Shown here: piece after piece, positions 36,784 to 45,755 of the stretch
Numbering within the stretch: position 1 is the first letter of the stretch
How the letters are laid out: every line of letters starts with the position of its first letter
Origin: Acidimicrobiia bacterium
GTDB taxonomy: Bacteria; Actinomycetota; Acidimicrobiia; Acidimicrobiales; JANYDT01
DNA length: 64,000 nt
Assembly (NCBI GenBank): GCA_043720595.1
Contig: JAYSSK010000069.1
Location: forward strand, 35,480 to 99,479
Direction: 5' to 3'
Notes under the pieces: model-generated
The model's database searches: none
What the model was told of the DNA's origin: nothing
Seen by the model: only the letters and a program-made list of their open reading frames with translations
Program-made: the position numbers and the translations under genes

Positions 36784-36899
36784 TTCGCCTTCTGGTTTGC
36801 TTACCTCGGGTTCAACCCGGGTCGCTCCGTTGACCGTTCGGCCGCGCCCGGGCTCACACCGCTCGGCCTTCTGGCGGGCGCTGGTAGCGTGTCATCCCC

Positions 36900-38168
36900 G
36901 TGGCCCTCATCGTCCAGAAGTTCGGTGGAAGCAGTGTTGCTGACCCCGAGCGCATCCGTGCCGTAGCCGACCATGTTGCGCGCACCGTCAAGCGGGGCAA
37001 CCAGGTTGTGGTTGTCGTGTCTGCAATGGGCAAGACCACCGACGACCTCATCCGGCTCTCCAATGCTGTCCTCACCAGCCAGAGTGGGCCTGTTGAGAAG
37101 GCGACGAAAAAGGGCGACGTTCCTGTGAAGGGCGATTCTCGGGAGATGGACATGCTCCTCTCGACAGGCGAACGGGTTTCCGCTGCGCTTGTCGCGATGG
37201 CTATCGAGGACCTAGGCGTCCGGTCTGCCAGCTTCACGGGCAGCCAAGTTGGCATCGTTACTGATACCCAGCACGGCAGGGCAAAGATCATCGAGGTCAA
37301 GGGTGACCGGCTTCGTCAAGCCCTCGCAGCTGGCGTGGTGCCCGTCGTCGCTGGCTTTCAGGGCGTTTCAACCTCCAACGATGTCACAACCCTTGGGCGG
37401 GGCGGTTCCGACACCACCGCAGTTGCGCTTGGTGCGGCCATCAAGGCCGACTCCTGCGAGATTTACACCGACGTGACGGGTGTGTTCACGGCCGACCCGC
37501 GCGTCGCCCCAAAGGCACACCGCATGAAGCAGGTGAGCTTCGAAGAGATGCTCGAAATGGCCGGCTCGGGCTCTGGCGTTGTCGCCCTTCGGGCCGTCGA
37601 GTTCGCCAGCCGCCACAAAGTACCGCTGCATGTGCGGTCGAGCTTCACCTGGGAGCCCGGCACCATCATCACCGAGGAGGATCCGTCCATGGAACAGGCC
37701 GTTGTCACCGGCATCACCCACGACACGTCCGAGGCCAAAGTCACGGTCGCTGACACCCCAGACCGGCCAGGCGTTGCAGCTCAGCTGTTCCGAGCACTCG
37801 CCGATGCCCGCATCAACGTCGACATGATCGTGCAGAACGTCGGCCACGACGGAAAAACCGACATCAGCTTCACGGTGCCAAAAGCCGACCTCAACACAGC
37901 GCTAGACGTCTGCGAACGGGTGGCCTCAGACCTTGGTGCCGGGGTGGTCGACGCCGACCGCGAGGTTGCGAGGGTGTCCATCGTCGGTGCCGGAATGCGC
38001 ACCAACCCCGGTGTTTCGGCCACGATGTTCGAAACGTTGGCGGCAGCTGGGGTCAACATCGAGATGATCTCCACCTCCACCATCCGGCTGTCTTGTGTCG
38101 TGCGCTCCGAACAGGTCGAAACTGCCGTTCAGGCGCTTCACACGGCCTTCCAACTCGACGCCGACTGA
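36900..38168 (+). CDS. ask: Aspartate kinase (alpha subunit, full length)
   Basis: GTG start. ALIVQKFGGSSV, VVVVSAMGKTTDDL, two C-terminal ACT domains. Confidence 0.9.
   Translation: MALIVQKFGGSSVADPERIRAVADHVARTVKRGNQVVVVVSAMGKTTDDLIRLSNAVLTSQSGPVEKATKKGDVPVKGDSREMDMLLSTGERVSAALVAMAIEDLGVRSASFTGSQVGIVTDTQHGRAKIIEVKGDRLRQALAAGVVPVVAGFQGVSTSNDVTTLGRGGSDTTAVALGAAIKADSCEIYTDVTGVFTADPRVAPKAHRMKQVSFEEMLEMAGSGSGVVALRAVEFASRHKVPLHVRSSFTWEPGTIITEEDPSMEQAVVTGITHDTSEAKVTVADTPDRPGVAAQLFRALADARINVDMIVQNVGHDGKTDISFTVPKADLNTALDVCERVASDLGAGVVDADREVARVSIVGAGMRTNPGVSATMFETLAAAGVNIEMISTSTIRLSCVVRSEQVETAVQALHTAFQLDAD
37689..38168 (+). CDS. ask: Aspartate kinase beta subunit from an in-frame internal start
   Basis: In-frame ATG 37689 (MEQAVVTGITHD...) preceded by GAGGAGGA (37674-37681) with a 7-nt spacer. 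It sits at the same position as the lysC-beta start known in Corynebacterium and Mycobacterium. Confidence 0.55.
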   Translation: MEQAVVTGITHDTSEAKVTVADTPDRPGVAAQLFRALADARINVDMIVQNVGHDGKTDISFTVPKADLNTALDVCERVASDLGAGVVDADREVARVSIVGAGMRTNPGVSATMFETLAAAGVNIEMISTSTIRLSCVVRSEQVETAVQALHTAFQLDAD

Positions 38169-39302
<1,134 letters not shown>

Positions 39303-39369
39303 AGGCCAATTCTGGTGTCCGTCTCATCGCCGTTGATGAGTCGCTAACCTTTTCGCAAGTGCCAGCGCA

Positions 39370-39443
39370 CGGGATGTAGCGCAGCTTGGTAGCGCGCCAC
39401 GTTCGGGACGTGGAGGCCGGGGGTTCAAGTCCCCCCATCCCGA
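39370..39443 (+). tRNA. tRNA-Pro (anticodon CGG)
   Basis: Hand-folded cloverleaf. Acceptor CGGGATG/CATCCCG plus discriminator A. D-arm GCGC-AGCTTGGTA-GCGC. Anticodon arm CCACG-TTCGGGA-CGTGG. T-arm GGGGG-TTCAAGT-CCCCC. 74 nt, no encoded CCA. Confidence 0.9.
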
Positions 39444-39520
39444 CAACCCGATGAAGCTTGAACACCGCATGGCCAAACCAAGCCAAACCAGGCCAGGCCG
39501 GGTCGGCGCTGAACGAAGAA

Positions 39521-39541
39521 GGCCCCGCCAATGGCGGGACC
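39521..39541. terminator. Hairpin between tRNA-Pro and the convergent secreted-protein gene
   Basis: CCCGCC-aat-GGCGGG with flanking GG/CC. On the minus strand it is followed by TTCTTCGTT. Confidence 0.35.
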
Positions 39542-39594
39542 TCGTTCGAACTGTTGCGCAAAGCAGTGGGGGAACTGGGTCGAGCTACGGCCGA

Positions 39595-40602
39595 CTAGTC
39601 GTCAGATTTGTCTGACTTGTCTGACTTGCCCTTGGAACGAGCAGACCGTGCAGCCTCGCGCTCGGCCTTTTCCTTGGCACGCTCCGCTTCGCGTTTTGCC
39701 TTTTCGGCGGCCTGTTCAGCTTTCTTTGCCGCATGCTCTGCCTTCTTCTCGGCCTTATCCGATTCGTGATCGTCCTTATCCGATTCGTGATCGGACTTCG
39801 ATTCGGTTCCGAGCGCCTTGGCGGTTTGCTTCAGGAGGTCGGCCGCCTTGTCGAAGCTAGCGTCAGCCAACTTGATCTGCGCCTTGGCTGCATTGACCGC
39901 TGCTGCGTTGGCAGTTTTGGTTGCTTCGTTGCCCTGATCGGCGGCTAACCCAGTCAAAGATGCGCTCGCTGCTGCTGAAGTCGCCTTACCGGCTGCGATC
40001 ACCGGAGCGACCTGGGCGAGCAATGCTTCCGCTGCGGCGGTGTTGACGCCCTTGGCCTTGGCAGCAGCAATCTTGGTGGTCAACTCTGCGATGTTGGCGG
40101 TCTGCTTAGCGCCGCGGGCCCATTGCTTGTTGCAGGCCAGTGATAGGTGCACTGCCGGCGAGACGACCAGGTAGACGCGCTGGTGGGTGAAGATCTGCTG
40201 GTACAGGGGCTTCGCAACTTCGGGCGTTGTTGCAGCGGCGATAGAAGTCCCAAGGGTCACGAGCCCAGCTTGGGTGGCGCCGATGCGAGTGAGTGAGGCA
40301 GCGTTCTGGCCGCAGTCCGTTGTCTGCGAAATGACCTTGGCCGACCAGCTTGCGAGGTCACGCTGGCGCTTGGCAATCGCTTCGGCGGAGCGGGCCTTGA
40401 TCGCTGCAAGGTTGTCAGGTGCTGTCTGTGCCTGCTTCTCCTGCTGGGCATCGCTGGAATTCAGAACCGACTCGAGCGCTGGGCTGGCTTGCTCAGACGA
40501 CGATTTCGTCGATGACTTCCGCGAGTCGGAGTCCGCAAAGGCAGCGGCGGGAGTGAGCGCAACGAGCGAAGCCGTCAGAACGAGGGTTGTGAGCTTTTTC
40601 AT
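39595..40602 (-). CDS. Secreted Ala/Lys/Glu-rich helical protein with charged repetitive C-terminus
   Basis: Signal peptide MKKLTTLVLTASLVALTPAAAFA. C-terminal KSDHESDKDDHESDKAEKKAEHAAKKAEQAAEKAKREAERAKEKAEREAA..KSDKSDKSDD. A 21-bp DNA tandem repeat lies at about 39760-39801. Confidence 0.6.
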   Translation of the reverse strand: MKKLTTLVLTASLVALTPAAAFADSDSRKSSTKSSSEQASPALESVLNSSDAQQEKQAQTAPDNLAAIKARSAEAIAKRQRDLASWSAKVISQTTDCGQNAASLTRIGATQAGLVTLGTSIAAATTPEVAKPLYQQIFTHQRVYLVVSPAVHLSLACNKQWARGAKQTANIAELTTKIAAAKAKGVNTAAAEALLAQVAPVIAAGKATSAAASASLTGLAADQGNEATKTANAAAVNAAKAQIKLADASFDKAADLLKQTAKALGTESKSDHESDKDDHESDKAEKKAEHAAKKAEQAAEKAKREAERAKEKAEREAARSARSKGKSDKSDKSDD

Positions 40603-40671
40603 GAGACCACTGTGCGAGGCCGCTATGAGCTTCTCAGGTTAAGGATGTAAGGGAATTATGTGGACCAAACT

Positions 40672-40753
40672 CAAAAATGATGATGGCATCCTCACGGTGC
40701 GTGAGGATGCCAATGGACGAGCGAGGCCTTGAGCGGTCTGTCTTCCGCTCAAG
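40672..40753 (-). terminator. Two stem-loops downstream of the glycoside hydrolase gene
   Basis: CTTGAGCGG-n8-CCGCTCAAG (40728-40753) sits 5 nt after the stop. GGCATCCTCAC-ggtgc-GTGAGGATGCC (40685-40711) is followed on the minus strand by ATCATCATTTTTG. Confidence 0.45.
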
Positions 40754-40758
40754 TCGAC

Positions 40759-43659
40759 CTATGGGATGTAGCCGTTGATGTCAACCACAACATGAGTTGT
40801 GGCCGAGGAATACAGGCAGACCTTGCCACTCGCGCCCAAACGGGCCATCGCGGCGTTGGAAATGGTGTCACCTGAGTTGAAGTTGATGTTGGATGCCAGT
40901 GGCAGGGCTGTCCCGCACGGATAGATCGTGACGAATCCGGCACTGCTTGGTTGGGTAACAGCGAGGTTGAGCGTCACTGCGTAGGCGTTTGCCGGAATCG
41001 CGTTGCGGCCTCCGACGGTCAGCTCCAGAGTTGTTCCGCCAACCAATAGTCCGCCGCCGGCCTGTTGTCCATCTGCGGTGAATTGTCCTGGGCGGGTGTC
41101 GAGGAACCGTGCGGGCACCTGGCCGGTGTAGGGCGAAGTTGATGGGTAGTAGCCATTGGCGTCGACCACGATGTGAGTCTGGGCCGATGAATAGACACAG
41201 ATTTTTCCGGCGGTTCCCAGGCGGGCTGCCACCGAGTTTGCGATCGTCTGGCCGGCGACGAAGTTCAGGTTCGAAGCCAACGGCAGCGGAGAGCCGCAGG
41301 GGTAGACCGTCACGAAACCGGCAGTTGTCGGCTCGGTGACTGCGATGTTGAGTGCAACCGCGTTGGGGGTGGCCGAAATGCCACCTCGGTTAGCGATGGT
41401 GAGTTCCGTGGTGAACCCCGCCGGCCGGATGCCTATGCCGGCAAATTGGCCGTCGATGGTGAACTGGCCGGCGCGCGTGTCCATGAGGCGTGCCGGAGTT
41501 GTTGAGGTGAAGAAAGGTACAGATCTCGAGTACGCGGACGCATCGACGACGACGTGGGTAGTGGCCGAGGCGTAGATGCACGTCTTGCCTCCGGCTCCGA
41601 CCCCAGCTGGGACAGAGGCGGCGATGGTCATCCCGGCAGAGAAGTTGACGTTCGACGATGTGGGAAGCGTCGTTCCGCACGGGAACAGGGTGAGAAATCC
41701 AGCAGCTGCTGGCTGGGTGACGGCCACGTTCAGCCACACGGTGCTGGCATCGGCTGGGATGCCTGCCCGGCCGATCAGTTGGAGTTGCGTAGTGGTGCCA
41801 GCCTGCAACAGGCCGGTACCTGCCATCTGCGTATCTACGGTCTGTTCTCCTGGGCGGGAGTCCATGAGACGAGCAGGGCTAAAGGCCACAAAGGGCGAAA
41901 CTGGAGGCGGCGGAGTTGTGGTTGTGGTTGTTGTGGTGCTGGTTGTTGTGGTGCTGGTTGTTGTGGCTGTGCTGGTGCCGGTGTCGAGTTCAAGGAGGGT
42001 GATGGATGCTGGGGGGAAGCTGCGGTTGTAGCTGGTTGCGCCGCCGCGGTTGGTGGTGGTGCCGGGTGCGTCGGAGAAGTCGTTGTTCGGGACGACTTTG
42101 CCGTTGTAGGTGGGGAGTGTGTCGTTGATGTTGGTGCCGGCGAAGGTGTCGGCATATTCGCTGAGGATGGTTTTGCCGTCGATGCTGATGGTGGCGGTTT
42201 TGGCTGTGTTGGTCTTGTTGATGACCATGAGGGTGGTGTTGCCGTTTTTTTGGCCGGCGTAGATGGAGAGGTCTGTGCTGGCGTTAAAGGTGGTGGCGAC
42301 ACCTTTGATGGTGGTGCCGAATCGTTTCCAGAGGGCCATGGCGTAGTAGGTGGGGTACCGGTAGGCGTCTTGGTAGTTGGCGTCTTTGAAGCCCATGAGT
42401 CCGAACTCGTTACCGAATGAGTAGTCGTAGTACATGGTGAATTGGTTCGAGCCGATGAATCGGTCGTTGAGGCCCATCTGGCCGATGGAGTCCCCGATCA
42501 TCATTGCGTTCATGATTTGGTTGAGACGCATACCAGTTTGTTCTTGCCAGCCTTCGGAGGTCAGCCCGTACTCCGACATCAACACCGGAGTTTTACGCGT
42601 GATTCCTGCATTTGCTTCAAGGACGGAGAGCTGCTGGTCGAGCTCGGGGAGCTTGGTTTCAGGAAAAGCAAGGATGGTGGCGTTGCCGGCCGGTGTGTTT
42701 GGTGGCGGGCTGTACTGGTAGTAGGTGTGAACGATGAGGAAATCGATATCGGTGCCGGCCCGGTTGAACAGGGGCTGCATCCACGGATTGGCTGTGTTCA
42801 GTTCACCCTGAGTTCCAGGTATGCCGACCCTGATGGTGGGGTCGATGGTCTTGAGGAGTGTTTTGGTTTCTGCGTACCCGTTCCGGCGGGTTGCACCAGT
42901 ACCGATGCCTTCGTAGAACTCGACGGAGTTGCACGTCCAGACTGTTTCCCACCCGAAATCCAGACAACCAGCCAGACCCTTACCGCCCATGGTCTCGTTA
43001 CCGAACTCCCACGTCTTGATACCCATTGGTGCAACAACACCAGCATCAACGCGCTTCTGAGCCCAGAACCCAACCGTCTTCCAATCGACACCCAACTGAT
43101 CAACACCAATCACCCGGGTATCAGTCACCGTGCCATTGGAAAACGCCAACAACGCAGCGTTTTCTTTCATCGTGGCATTCGCATTCAGCGTGATCACCAA
43201 CTGATCGGTGCCCATACTGTTGGACCACTTGAAAAACTCTGACGTACGAATCAACGGATCAGTCGTCAAATTACGTTTCGCAGTCGGGTAACACGGCGTG
43301 CCATAGGTAACCGCCCCAGGCGTTGCAGACAACTCACACGACGCCCAACCCCAATCCTGTGCTGCAATACCACCCGGGAACCGCATGAACTCCGTCGCCT
43401 GGCTACCACGCGACGCCAACTGGGCATTCAAGTAATACGGATGCAAGAAGAACGACGCATTCGTACCCCACTTCATCGGACCAAAATCACGAAACGCACG
43501 ACCATCCACCCTGATGGTCCCATCAACCGCCGCCTGCGCAGAGCCGACGCCGGATCCGACGATTGAACCAAGCGCCGCAGCAGCGGCAAGCATTGACAAA
43601 ACCGTCCGTTTCCGGAGACGGGCTAGCGGACGTTTGGTCGACGAGGACGTCGGTGTCAT
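40759..43659 (-). CDS. Secreted clan GH-A-like glycoside hydrolase with Thr-rich linker and three tandem C-terminal ~110-aa repeat domains
   Basis: ORF trimmed to MTPTSSSTKRPLARLRKRTVLSMLAAAAALG..AQA, with AAGGAG upstream. KTWEFGNETMGG and VLMSEYGL are candidate acid/base and nucleophile Glu motifs. Linker TTTSTTTTSTTTTTTTTPPPP. Three copies of ARLMDxRxG...GF(L/V)T(L/V/I)(F/Y)PCG...SN(V/L/I)NF...VVD(A/I)xxY. Confidence 0.7.
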   Translation of the reverse strand: MTPTSSSTKRPLARLRKRTVLSMLAAAAALGSIVGSGVGSAQAAVDGTIRVDGRAFRDFGPMKWGTNASFFLHPYYLNAQLASRGSQATEFMRFPGGIAAQDWGWASCELSATPGAVTYGTPCYPTAKRNLTTDPLIRTSEFFKWSNSMGTDQLVITLNANATMKENAALLAFSNGTVTDTRVIGVDQLGVDWKTVGFWAQKRVDAGVVAPMGIKTWEFGNETMGGKGLAGCLDFGWETVWTCNSVEFYEGIGTGATRRNGYAETKTLLKTIDPTIRVGIPGTQGELNTANPWMQPLFNRAGTDIDFLIVHTYYQYSPPPNTPAGNATILAFPETKLPELDQQLSVLEANAGITRKTPVLMSEYGLTSEGWQEQTGMRLNQIMNAMMIGDSIGQMGLNDRFIGSNQFTMYYDYSFGNEFGLMGFKDANYQDAYRYPTYYAMALWKRFGTTIKGVATTFNASTDLSIYAGQKNGNTTLMVINKTNTAKTATISIDGKTILSEYADTFAGTNINDTLPTYNGKVVPNNDFSDAPGTTTNRGGATSYNRSFPPASITLLELDTGTSTATTTSTTTTSTTTTTTTTPPPPVSPFVAFSPARLMDSRPGEQTVDTQMAGTGLLQAGTTTQLQLIGRAGIPADASTVWLNVAVTQPAAAGFLTLFPCGTTLPTSSNVNFSAGMTIAASVPAGVGAGGKTCIYASATTHVVVDASAYSRSVPFFTSTTPARLMDTRAGQFTIDGQFAGIGIRPAGFTTELTIANRGGISATPNAVALNIAVTEPTTAGFVTVYPCGSPLPLASNLNFVAGQTIANSVAARLGTAGKICVYSSAQTHIVVDANGYYPSTSPYTGQVPARFLDTRPGQFTADGQQAGGGLLVGGTTLELTVGGRNAIPANAYAVTLNLAVTQPSSAGFVTIYPCGTALPLASNINFNSGDTISNAAMARLGASGKVCLYSSATTHVVVDINGYIP

Positions 43660-44006
43660 TCTTGGTGCTCCTTGGAGAGAGAAATCAGAAGTGAACGCGA
43701 GTTCATGCGCCACCGAGAGTAGCAGCGCACTTCTGTAATCCAATGTCCTTGACGTCACATGGGCACGAATTCACCAACCATGGTGACCTCGTTCGCTGGC
43801 GGTCAACAGAAGTGCCCTCACCTGGGAAAATATCCCCTACCCGGCTGCGACAAAGGCGGCCTGCACATCGGTGCGGCGACGCTTTGGAGGACGTTGCGAC
43901 AGCTCTGCAGAACGTGAGTTCGCTCTGCTCGTTCGCCACCGTCCGTGCGATCTCACCTCGGACATAGTGACCGGGACGACGGTGTGACAGCCGTAGTCTT
44001 TGTTGT

Positions 44007-44504
44007 GTGGAGTGCTTCAGGAGATTTCGGCTGAGGGTCCGTGCATTTCGACGCCTTCCGCGTCGTTCGAAACTGGTCTTCGTTCCCGCTCTCGTTCTCA
44101 CCCCCATCTTCCGAACTGTCGCTCGGCGTCGAGGAATCAAGTCGGCAACTGCACTCGCTCGCCGACTGGGAGGGCCCTTGGCCGAGCCGACGACCCCGTC
44201 AGCTCAGACCGAGGTCGATTCCGTCCTCCCGATTGCTCGCCAGGTGGTGTCGGGCGTTCGCGCTGCAGCAGGCGCGCTTCCCGCCGAGTTGGTGTGCCTT
44301 CCTCGATCCTTGACGTCATGGACTCTCCTCAACCGGATGGGAGTCGCTGCAACGCTACGCATCGGCATGGACGCGTCGACCGCTCATCAAACGGCACATG
44401 CCTGGATCGATGTCATGGGCGAGTCCGTCGGGGAAGCCCCTAGCCACATCGCCCAGATGGCCGAGTTCGCCGACCCGATTCTTGGAAGAAAGCCTGCGGA
44501 ATGA
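44007..44504 (+). CDS. Lasso peptide biosynthesis B2 protein (transglutaminase-like leader peptidase)
   Basis: GTG start. ELVCLPRSLTSWTLLNRMG...TAHAWIDVMGE gives Cys and His in the McjB-type arrangement. ATGA overlap with the next gene. Confidence 0.8.
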   Translation: MECFRRFRLRVRAFRRLPRRSKLVFVPALVLTPIFRTVARRRGIKSATALARRLGGPLAEPTTPSAQTEVDSVLPIARQVVSGVRAAAGALPAELVCLPRSLTSWTLLNRMGVAATLRIGMDASTAHQTAHAWIDVMGESVGEAPSHIAQMAEFADPILGRKPAE

Positions 44505-45460
44505 CTCAATCGACGGCGGTGTCCTTGCACGGTTTCGTTGTCGCCAGCCCATGGACACTTTCGGCCCGCCCTTCGCAGCATCCAGCAGAAGTCCGATGCA
44601 CCGTCGAACGGAGCGTCGCTCCCCAGCTCCCTGATTCAGCATCGGGCAGCCTGGTCGCCCAGTCTGTGGACGAAAACGGGATCGCGACCATGCAGGTGCG
44701 CTCCACGGCAACCGGGCACCTCATCAATTGGCCCGGGTTCATGAGTGCCTCGCTCAACATCGTCCCCGACGGATCTGTTCGAACCCTGCATCTGATGGCC
44801 CACACGACCGGCGCGCTTCGGTTGGCTTCTGTGTTGGTTTCACCTGCAGTAGGGGTTGTCGCGATGCTCAGTGGTGCCCTTGTGCTTCACGCAACAGCGG
44901 TGAACATCGATGGCCGCGCAGTACTGCTTGTAGCAGATCGAGGAGGCGGCAAGTCGTCGGTTGCTGCGCTTCTCGGCAGCGCGGGTATCCCCCTCCTTGC
45001 CGAAGACGTATGCGCAGTATCGATAGGCGTTGATGGTATTCCGGTTGTGCACGCTGGAGTTCAAGAGCTTCGTTTGCGGCCAACAACACCCTGGCTTGCG
45101 GTCCTCCCCGGGCTTGTCCGCTCCGAACGGCATTCAGACGGTCGAATTGTCGTGCGTCCGCCAACGACGCCACGGCATTGCGTTCCTGTGGGGGCTGTGA
45201 TGGTGGTTCGCCTGTCACGCTCCGCCGACGAGGTATTGGTCACCCGGTTCACGGGCGTGCAGGCAGCCAGCGTGTTGATAAAGGCCCAAAGGTGCCCCCC
45301 TACTGCTGGAAGTCCTCTCACGAGATCTGCCTTCGAAGGATCGGCAGCTTGCGCAGATGCACTGCCCGTGTCAGCGCTCACTGTCCCGTGGGCCGAACGT
45401 CGGCGCAATCGGCAACTCGGCGTGGAACTCAGGGATGCCTTGAAGGCGGCAAGCGTCTGA
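44501..45460 (+). CDS. HPr kinase-like (Hpr_kinase_C domain) putative lasso-precursor kinase, paralog 1
   Basis: LVLHATAVNIDGRAVLLVADRGGGKSSVAALLGSAGIPLLAEDV has the HprK C-terminal P-loop architecture. Confidence 0.7.
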   Translation: MTQSTAVSLHGFVVASPWTLSARPSQHPAEVRCTVERSVAPQLPDSASGSLVAQSVDENGIATMQVRSTATGHLINWPGFMSASLNIVPDGSVRTLHLMAHTTGALRLASVLVSPAVGVVAMLSGALVLHATAVNIDGRAVLLVADRGGGKSSVAALLGSAGIPLLAEDVCAVSIGVDGIPVVHAGVQELRLRPTTPWLAVLPGLVRSERHSDGRIVVRPPTTPRHCVPVGAVMVVRLSRSADEVLVTRFTGVQAASVLIKAQRCPPTAGSPLTRSAFEGSAACADALPVSALTVPWAERRRNRQLGVELRDALKAASV

Positions 45461-45470
45461 ATCCTTACGG

Positions 45471-45755
45471 TCAGTTGGGGGCGTTTGATGGGGCTGCTAT
45501 TCCGCGGCGTGCCAACTCGGCGAGAAATCGGCCGATGTCGGTGCGCGCCGTATCTGCGTTCACGTCGAATCTGTCGGTCACGACACCGATCAATTCGTTC
45601 ATGTCTGCACCACGGGAGAGTGACTCCCATACGACGATTCCTGACCCGTCAATAGACAGGTAGGTGGAATTGCGAAGGTCGAAGACGATGACGGACTCGT
45701 CGACTCGCTCCCATGTAATCAAGTCGGTCTGTAGCCGCCAGACTTGTTCAAACAT
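45471..45755 (-). CDS. PqqD-family RiPP recognition element (lasso B1 protein)
   Basis: 94 aa. VIVFDLRNSTYLSIDGSGIVVWESLSRGADMNELIGVVTDRFDV...ARTDIGRFLAELARRGI is a classic PqqD pattern. Confidence 0.8.
   Translation of the reverse strand: MFEQVWRLQTDLITWERVDESVIVFDLRNSTYLSIDGSGIVVWESLSRGADMNELIGVVTDRFDVNADTARTDIGRFLAELARRGIAAPSNAPN

Noticed and set aside
43743-43967. 74-aa plus-strand ORF upstream of the lasso B2 gene, considered as an alternative precursor.
   Set aside because: It has no YxxPxL leader motif, no Thr at -2 with a Gly/Ala-x6-8-Asp/Glu core arrangement, and is Arg-rich. The 47008..47142 ORF fits far better.
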